This document shows positions 8,268-15,881 of a DNA stretch of 15,881 bases, one piece after another; positions within the stretch are counted from its first letter, which is position 1, and the number at the start of each line of letters is the position of its first letter. The notes under the pieces are model-generated. The model searched no databases and was not told the DNA's origin. It saw only the letters and a program-made list of their open reading frames with translations. Position numbers and translations under genes: made by a program. This DNA comes from Chlorokybus atmophyticus. Taxonomy: Eukaryota; Plantae; Mesostigma and Chlorokybus algae. Location: NCBI GenBank assembly GCA_009103225.1, contig RHPI01000896.1, positions 1 to 15,881 on the forward strand, in the 5' to 3' direction.

Positions 8268-9719
8268 GCCACCATTTGCAGCTTCCAACATTGCTCCCTG
8301 CAGTTGGACCATCAGCAAACAGCTGTGTTACTATCGTTCAACGCTAGTAACACTGCTACTAAGGCTTGTCAATAACACAAATTACAGAATATGCAATAAG
8401 TATCGCCAGCACACAATGCATTGCTGCAGGCAGCTGCCATTGAGCTACTAGCTCAGCTGTAGTTGCGGCCACCCAGCACCACTCAGCGACAACGGCCGCA
8501 TCACCCCTCACAATTGCTTTCAGCATCGCTTGCACTCCAGTCCCTTTCCCGGCGGTTGGTCAAATGCTTACGCGCACACGGCTTCTGAACTTAGCCCAAC
8601 CATGTACGTACAACACCTGTGGCAGCGGAAAATGTCAATATACGCTGATGATTCTGCCTCCCAGATGTCAATGCTACAACTGTGTGGGCTAAGTACCTAT
8701 TTTGCCGCACCAGGCGGCATGCAACAAGGTGACCTTACCGCATCACAAAGTCCCCACACACATGCGCAAACACCCAGCCGGACGCGCACGCATATGCACA
8801 ACATGCGTCTGTGCGTAACCGATCATTGAGCGCACACTGTGCACTCGCTCCACACACTGTGTGATGTGGCACAGCACCCGACCTCTGACTTGCGTAGGTG
8901 GTGCACGCAATCGCGCTCAGCACTCCTTGCCTTATGCACATGCAAAATAGCTTGATGGCCGCGATGCACACTGCAACGGTAGCAGTACACTGTAACAGTT
9001 TCCTACTTGCCAAGCTGCAGATCACAGCTGCAGTATGCGTAGCTCACCGGTTGTCAATGAATGGATTGAAAACCGCTAAGCTATGCAGAAGTCCGCCTTC
9101 ATATTACATATATTGGACTAGGCACTTGCACAAGCTGCCTCGTGTGCTGCTGCGACCATGCTGTCAAGAGCAACAAACGCATGCATGTCAGCAGACACGA
9201 AGGCGTTCTGCTGGTATACGCAGCGGATGGAGGCAAAGTCGCACAGAAGGGCGGCCACCAGAGCCCATAGGAAACCGCTCACGGCAACAGTAGTAGTCAG
9301 AGTCTTAGTCAGAAGCATGCACACAAGGTCGTTTGACTGCACACTAAGCAAGCAAACAAAGACAAACCGATCAACTGACACTTACTCAGAAAGCACCTCC
9401 AGTCTGGTGTGTCCATGAGCTGAAGCTGTCCATAAGCTGAAGCTGCTCCTCACCCATCTTGTGGCATGCAAACCGCCGGCACCGTTTCTAGCCGCCTCGC
9501 AAGCCAGCGACAAGCCCGACTCACACAGCGCCATGCTCACACTGGCCTTGCGCAAACTTCGGCAACGCAAGCCTTGCAAATTGGGGCTTATATATGCATT
9601 CTCCTTATTTGGGACGCCACTCAGTGTTGTCGGACAACGGACCATTCATGCCTTGATGGCGAAAAGTTGGCAGCGACCTGCCCAACCGGTCATTATGCAA
9701 TAACGATCTGATGATAGCG

Positions 9720-10780
9720 CTGTAAACCGCGCTAATAGCATAACCTTTGCAATAAGTGTAGGTTGACTCTAATCAGGGACAGATCCGTGTCAGTCGTGTG
9801 GTTGGCATGCAAAAGCAACGTTTCATAAATCCCCATATTGCAAGTGACTAATCTATTCACTTGTTGAATCATTATGGTTGCAATGCATACTTGCAATTAA
9901 GATTATACTGGTAGTATAACTGTCAATTTCAATGGCTTGATTGTGTTGCATTTAACTTATTATGATCAGATCGCATTAATGTATAAGAAATTCAAACACG
10001 TGCAACTGAGAGGCTAAAAACCTCTTTTATAGCAATATTGAATGCGAGCATGTTCATGTTGCACATGAGTTTAGAGCAAGTTCAACATGATTGATTACAC
10101 TTTTACATACGCTACCGTTTGAAACAATGCCTTACAATAGGGGTGACAACTATATACTGTTACTTTCAACAGATCGAACATATAATTCACGATTTGCGAT
10201 TTAATTACTTACCATGCAATTTACTACGTAGAATATACCCCACTTGATGCATTGTATATTAATTTGCATTAAGATTGTCGCTGTCTAACACATGAAACGA
10301 AGTTTGATTATGAACAAGTTGTTGAATTGAACTTCATGTACTTATGATATGTTTTAAGCACAATGCTTTAATTGTACTGGCTCAAGAATCAACCATATAA
10401 TTATGCAAGTTTTATCATCATGTTTGTCATAACATTACGCTTTACGTATTTATGTTGCAATGGCAAGCCTCTGGTTGCACCTAATTGCTTATGCTATATG
10501 CCAAAGACTTACATTGTTCATGGTCAACCAGTATAAAATAATTGATATATCTCATTAGTTGATTACATCTCAGGGTTGACATGTAGGTTAAAAGTGAATC
10601 TCGCAATACACAAAAGAATAATGTTCACGATTGCTTACAATGTGTCAAGCGATGCATCATGATGACCTTGAATGAGCTCGCAATAGTTCACAAACAACGG
10701 TTGACCTATGGTGTGCTTGCAATGGCTTTCATAGCAACCACGTGATCAAGGTGCTGCTGTAAGGTGGAGGCCTGTACATA
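9720..10780. other. AT-rich spacer 2
   Basis: Line 10201-10260 has 18/60 G+C. There is weak similarity to spacer 1 (TGGCTCAAGAATCAA 10378-10392 vs TGGTCACCAGAATCAA 6441-6456). Confidence 0.75.
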
Positions 10781-10800
10781 CACGCACATTGAAGCGCATG

Positions 10801-10816
10801 CCCCCCCNCCCCCCCC
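10801..10816. repeat. Poly-C tract with N at 10808
   Basis: Homopolymer with an internal N. Confidence 0.95.
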
Positions 10817-11247
10817 AAATGAACAGCATGCGCGCGTGCACCCACCCATGCACACGCACGCCTTTTACAGCGACATCAGTCACCAAGTGTAGAGTCTACA
10901 CACCTGCACGCTCACAAACACAACCATGCACGCACGCCCCCTCACTCCTCTATGTTGTAGCTGCTGGCAACCTCACTTAGACTACACTTGGACTTGTCCG
11001 CTGCTTTCATGTGCTTCACTCAAACACAACACGACCGTACCCACTTGGGCACGGCTTTTATTGCATTCGCCAGATGCAAAGACTACGCTCCAATCATGGA
11101 TTTGTCTTTGTGTAAGCCCAGCGCTCTGCACTCCCTGCCACCAACAATCACTACTAGTGCCGCAGCACACCATTGTGTCAGCCGTTGAACAGCCAGTATA
11201 CTTTTGCATTCGTTCGTGTGCGCGCGCGCGTGCGTGGGAAGAGGGGG

Positions 11248-11332
11248 TACACACCTGCACGCGGGTAAGCACACGCTCACGGCGACGCATGCACGCATAC
11301 CCCCCATGGGGCCTTGCCACACACACACACAT
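11248..11332 (+). repeat. 85-bp dispersed repeat, copy 2, ending at N 11333
   Basis: Identical to 1259-1343. It lies at the end of a ~350-bp segment missing from the matching position in unit 1. Confidence 0.9.
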
Positions 11333-12272
11333 NTGACCAATGGTGCGGCAGTGCTGCGCCATGCAGCGTCTCTGCAGTGTGCAAGCCTGACGCCCTCTGG
11401 GCTACGAGTGCGTGTGCATGCCAGACACCGTGCCCCCCATATGCCTCAGACACACAGGGTAGCCTATGCGCATGCGTGCCATGCATGTGTGCATGCGTGT
11501 GTTGAAAAGCAGCGGTAAGGTGCAACAGAACAGGTAGCCCACACACTCGTAACGTCCGCAAAGCAGAACTATCAATAGATCTAAGTTGTTGAACGACAAA
11601 GACCTCTGCCCCGTTTTTACAGTTAGTACATCCTTGTTGGTTGGGCTGTCACTGCAGACACATGCGTGCACATGCACCAAACCAGCGTCAAGCTTCCAGA
11701 CTGATCATCAAAAGCCACAGGTCGACCGCTTGCTGCATGTTGCCATACAGGTATGGATAACACGGCCATAGTGAGGTCATCATCGCGAGCCTCGCAGCAG
11801 CTCAGTCGCACTCCATTCTGGGATCATCAAGACGAGGAGGCCGTAGCGGCAATACTGTGTTACAGTCGGCCGCGCCCCTTCTTGCCTGCATGTAAGAGAA
11901 CGAGAGAGATCCTTGCCCTGCACGTTGATGTTGCATATGACTAGGTTCATGACGAGAACGATGGAAGCCCCTTGCAGCCTGCTGTTAGTAGTACAGCATT
12001 CTGAGGATGATCAGCCTACGACTAGTAGTACAGGCTTTAACTACTAGTTGCAGTACGGATTTTTACAACTTCCAGTCCTGTCCATCACTGGTAATAGTAG
12101 CAGTACTCTTAGAGCTGCCACTACTAACAGTCACTCGTTAAATGATAGTTCTGCTACCACTAGTGGTTGTAGTTGTAGACGTAACACTAGCACTACGGGC
12201 CACCGGGCGCGCACTACGCAGCCCCCGCACTTACGCAAGAGCCCCCACACCAAGCGGTGAGACAGAGACGGA

Positions 12273-12299
12273 CCCCCCCCCCCCCCCCCCCCCCCCCCC
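12273..12299. repeat. Poly-C tract (27 C) followed by N at 12300
   Basis: Homopolymer. Confidence 0.95.
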
Positions 12300-12441
12300 N
12301 TCTCTCTCCGCGTGCGCATGTATTTACTACCGTACGTGCGTGCGTGCCCTACATAGAGTCTATGCGGGTGGGTGGGAGGGTGGGTATAACTGTGTACGGA
12401 CATAGAGGCGTGGAGAGAACAAATGTGCGCACTCGTAGTAG

Positions 12442-12465
12442 TACCTGCACTGCGAGGTGGCCAAG
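12442..12465 (+). pseudogene. Possible micro-exon remnant (YLH-CEVAK) in unit 3
   Basis: TAG | TACCTGCACTGCGAGGTGGCCAAG | GTGAGG, an in-frame 3-nt deletion relative to the other copies. Confidence 0.3.
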
Positions 12466-13981
12466 GTGAGGTTGCCTTGAGCGTTCCAGAGACGGTATCG
12501 CCCAAATGTGATGCTGAACAGTTTCCCAGCGATTCCTCCATGCCAAGCGACGAGTAGTAGCAGGCACAAGAAGCTTGTGGGAGGATTTGTTGCAGAAAGG
12601 ATGTAGCAGCTTGCAATGTGACTCTCATTGCGTACGTAATGCGATTCAACTCAGCAAGCACCATGCAGCATTGCTGGTATGGGTATTGGTAGCTGACAAA
12701 CTGTAGCACTAAGTACCACATCATTATTACTATAGCAATGTGTTGCGTTCTGTGCAAATGCAACGCACAGCAGCTTGCTACCTGGTGTGGTGGTGCGTAT
12801 TGGCCTTCCCCAACATTTCTACATGCGCCGTCTATCGGTTGGAGAGGCAATGAGCTGGGCCAATTGCAAGCGACAGGGGCCTCCTAAAGTTTACCGTGTA
12901 CACATCCGAAGCCACCCTGCACGGTGCCTGCCATCCTGATCATGTAAGCAGTGGTTGTGTTCATAGTTAGCCAACGGCATAACCATTAACAACAAGGCGA
13001 CACAAGGCGTCAAGCCTGCGCAAACAGTCACCTGCGGGCACCTGCACTGAGCACGCGACGGACAATGCAAGCTGTTGAGATCATCTGCAGTGCAGAACAG
13101 TCATGAGGCTTTGCAAGCCCAAGCACAGTAACTACTCACCAGAGGCAACCAGTAGCTGATGTTAAGTGCCTACCGTGGGGCAAGCTCAATCGCACACCTT
13201 CAAACAGCTGTGTGGTACGCTAGCTCAGCAGCAGTTTCCACAGTTGTGCTACAGACATCAGTGTCAATGACATAGTTGTCAAACACATCAAACACATGAA
13301 CACATGAACACATGGTGTTTGTAGCAAGCACACAGTGCAGTGCTGCTACAGTGAGCTGCTATTGAGCTACCAGCTTGGTTGTAGAACAATAATTGCAAGC
13401 ATTCGTAGCTGCCACCTGCAATGTCAGGTACCTATAGCACCGCTGCTGCGCGATAGCAGCCTCATTAGTGCTCGCAGCTACCGTCAAGCGAGCAGAGCAG
13501 CACTCCATCTGATCTCCTGCCGGTTGGTCATGTGCGTGTGCACGGCTGCTACAGTTAGTCCACCCATATACGATGCACCTGTGGAGCACAGTCAGTCCGC
13601 GCTGATGGTTCTGCACCTGATTACCAATGTTGCAAACGTGTGGGCTACCTCCTTTGCTGCACCAGTGCGATAAGGTGACTTTCCACTGAATGACAGACAC
13701 GCGCGCGCAAGCACCAAGCCAGACGCGCCAACGCATGACGCACTTTGTACAACTAGCGTCTGTGCATAACTGGACACCGAATGCACACTTTCACCCACAG
13801 TGTGGCACACACTTTCCCCTCCTGCCTAGAGCTGCGTGATGTGGAGCGGCGCCCGTCATTGCTGACCTGCAGGTGGTGCACGCAGTTGTGAACAGCACGG
13901 CACTCTGCACGGCACGACACCACACGCACATCGATATTCGAGACAGCTTGATGGCCGCGATGCACACTGCAACGGTAGCAG

Positions 13982-14018
13982 TATCTTGCGTTGCAGTGCA
14001 CAGCTGCAACGCAAGGTA
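13982..14018. repeat. Hairpin with 15-bp arms (one G-T) and a 7-nt loop, specific to unit 3
   Basis: TATCTTGCGTTGCAG / CTGCAACGCAAGGTA. The right arm is absent from units 1 and 2. Confidence 0.85.
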
Positions 14019-14217
14019 GGCGCAGTAAGCGTATCTTATAGCGGAGTGAATTGAACACCGGTAAATACGCTTTTCAAAGAATGCACTCTCATTGGAGTGG
14101 ACACAGGCACAATTTGCCTTGTGTGCTGCGACCTTGCTGTCAAGGGCATGCCGAAACACAGCATGCTAGCAGATACTTAGGCGTATTGCTGAAAACCGCA
14201 GAGGACGGCGGCAAAGT

Positions 14218-14262
14218 CGCACACAGCTCCCCCCATGCACTGCATGGGGGGAGCTGTGTGCG
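14218..14262. repeat. Perfect 45-bp palindrome (22-bp arms, 1-nt spacer), specific to unit 3
   Basis: CGCACACAGCTCCCCCCATGCA-C-TGCATGGGGGGAGCTGTGTGCG. Confidence 0.95.
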
Positions 14263-14799
14263 TGAGTGGCACTCACGGCAACATTAGTCAGAATGTCAGC
14301 CACAAGCATGCAGACAGGCATGCAAACAACCGTGGTTTGTAACAACCACCAGCCATTTCAAGAGAAGGCTACGTGAGCCATGCAGAGCTGAGACGGAGCA
14401 GACCAGTTGGCACAAGCAGCGCCTCCAACTTGTCCACGAGCTGAAGCTGCTTGCTCACCCAACTTGCAGCATGCGCACTACCACCTTCGCCAGCCGCCTT
14501 TGCTTGCGTCCACCAACAAGGCCCACAGACGCAAGCCAGCAACAAGCCTGACTCCCGCAGCACCACACTCACTGCGCAAACTCGCGAGATGACGTATCTT
14601 TTCGTTTGGGGACGCTACGTACTGTAGGAAGTCTGTAGGGGTACCGTAAAAATAGCAACAAGTTGGAAGCGACCTGCCTTTGCCGGTTGTAAAGCAGTAA
14701 CAATCTCATCACGCTGAACGCGAGGCAGACATAACGCGCGGTTTCAACAGTACCTCGGGAAGCTGTGCAGCTGAGAAGTAGTAGGCGAGCTTGGGGGGG

Positions 14800-15820
14800 A
14801 GATTCGTGATGACATAGATCCCGTCATAATGTGTAAGGTTTGCATGCAAGTGCAAATGCTAGTCTCAAATCGGTGCAGCTGATGTTGTGCTTGCGTTTAG
14901 TGAACGTCTTTTAACTCTACTTGATATAATGTCATGGGGGCATTGCACATACCGTATTTATCCGGTTTGAAGCTCCTCTCTATTGATGTTACCCCTAAAA
15001 GTTTTCTGAAGGGGGTCTATGTTTACATGTACAGCACCCCCTTGTCGTATACAATCCCCCTTTGCCCCCTACCCGCCTAGCCCAGGGCCTCTCCAAACGA
15101 CCAAAACCAAAAGACTAAAAGATTAAAGAGAATGTGTGGGCCACTGCTTTTGCCTACAGTAGGTCTAACATCATAGCGTTGCAGGCAACGAATGCATTAA
15201 ATTAAGCTGCGACAACTAAGCACCAAGCTGCAGACATGTGCCTTGATCTGCTTAATCGTGGTGCGCAACTGGCTAATATGCGAGCTATCCAATCGCCACT
15301 TTTTGTTGTTTGCACTTTCATTGACAATTACAAGGCCATGAGAACTGGTTGGGCGCTGAAACTCCATCTATTGGGCATAGTAAGATGTTGCTAAAACCTC
15401 CAAGGTTTTAGCAGCATCATCTAGTTACTTAATAATGTAATACGCCCAACATATCTCTTGGTAATTGACATGCAGTAATCCAAATAATATCAATCCCTCG
15501 GTGCATTAGAAATGGCATAATGTTTCCAACAAATACGTTTTGCATATCACAAGCTGCTTATTGAGGTTGATTACTTGTTCAATGTAGGTGTATATTGCGT
15601 TGGTAATCATAAACTTCAAGCGTTGTAGCAACAAAGGCTGGATTGGGAAGATACATTTTGAGATTGTTGTTTTCGAGTTGAAGCTTAACAATTCATGCAC
15701 CAACCCTCCCCAAACCTCAAGCGGCTCTTAAAACTTTGCTATCAACGGCTGACACGTAATGTCATTTGATTTGGTGTAGGTTTACATGGCTGTAATGGTT
15801 TACTCGTAGTTAAGGAACTC
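14800..15820. other. AT-richer spacer 3
   Basis: Follows the unit-end motif as spacers 1 and 2 do, and shares the 15-mer GCTTAACAATTCATG with spacer 1. Boundaries are approximate. Confidence 0.7.
15384..15418. repeat. Hairpin with 16-bp arms (one G-T) and a 3-nt loop
   Basis: GATGTTGCTAAAACCT-CCA-AGGTTTTAGCAGCATC. Confidence 0.85.
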
Positions 15821-15881
15821 AAAACCCTCACCCACAAACACATCGCCCTGCACGCGCGTGCACATGTCACTTGTACACGCC
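15820..15881. repeat. Possible start of a fourth tandem unit
   Basis: The sequence returns to CA-rich composition, and CATGTCACTTGTACACGCC (15863-15881) resembles CACGTCTTTGTACACACC (1497-1514). The match is short. Confidence 0.3.

Larger units (their letters stand above)
7060..9700. repeat. Diverged tandem unit 2 (appears to lack the upstream module shared by units 1 and 3)
   Basis: Carries the same ordered anchors as units 1 and 3, including a 39-bp exact match 8949-8987 = 13945-13983. Boundaries are approximate. Confidence 0.85.
10890..14700. repeat. Diverged tandem unit 3
   Basis: Colinear with unit 1 from about 1500 (e.g. TGGTGCGGCAGTGCTGCGCC at 11341 vs TGGTGCGACTGTGCTGCACC at 1728; GCGAGCCTCGCAGCA in both) through to GCGACCTGCC at 14669. 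Confidence 0.85.

Noticed and set aside
13291-13314. (AACACATG)3 short tandem repeat
   Set aside because: Ordinary slippage expansion with no further implication.
15000-15800. Minus-strand frame with few stops, all TAA/TAG (possible degraded gene, or TAA/TAG-to-Gln code); one part loosely TPR-like
   Set aside because: The stop deficit is modest given the number of frames examined. The homologous frame in spacer 1 hits TGA quickly and shares only VHELLS, and the TPR-like words coincide with the 15384-15418 palindrome.

Overview
This looks like eukaryotic, repeat-dominated, apparently non-genic DNA. I can support no intact protein-coding gene, rRNA, tRNA or CRISPR array. Three layers of structure are visible. 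(1) An old head-to-tail array of a ~4-5 kb unit is present as three diverged copies (~1500-5745, ~7060-9700, ~10890-14700). Each copy is followed by a ~1.1 kb AT-rich spacer, and a fourth copy may start at the window end. (2) There are two young copies of one LTR family in opposite orientation. One is a 672-bp solo LTR (4396-5067, TG...CA) with a 5-bp GTAGC target-site duplication, confirmed by the empty sites in the paralogous units. The other (1-523) is cut by the window edge and is 516/523 identical over the shared length. (3) Several copy-specific short inverted duplications (hairpins with 15-22 bp arms) are absent from the sister units, which suggests recurrent local template switching. 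The units keep a splice-site-flanked 24-27 nt block and a few 27-39 bp islands of identity, so they may be decayed paralogs of an intron-rich gene, but neither the strand nor the product can be determined. Five single Ns all sit in or beside simple repeats and probably mark assembly joins, so tract lengths and long-range order carry that caveat. All alignments were done by eye.
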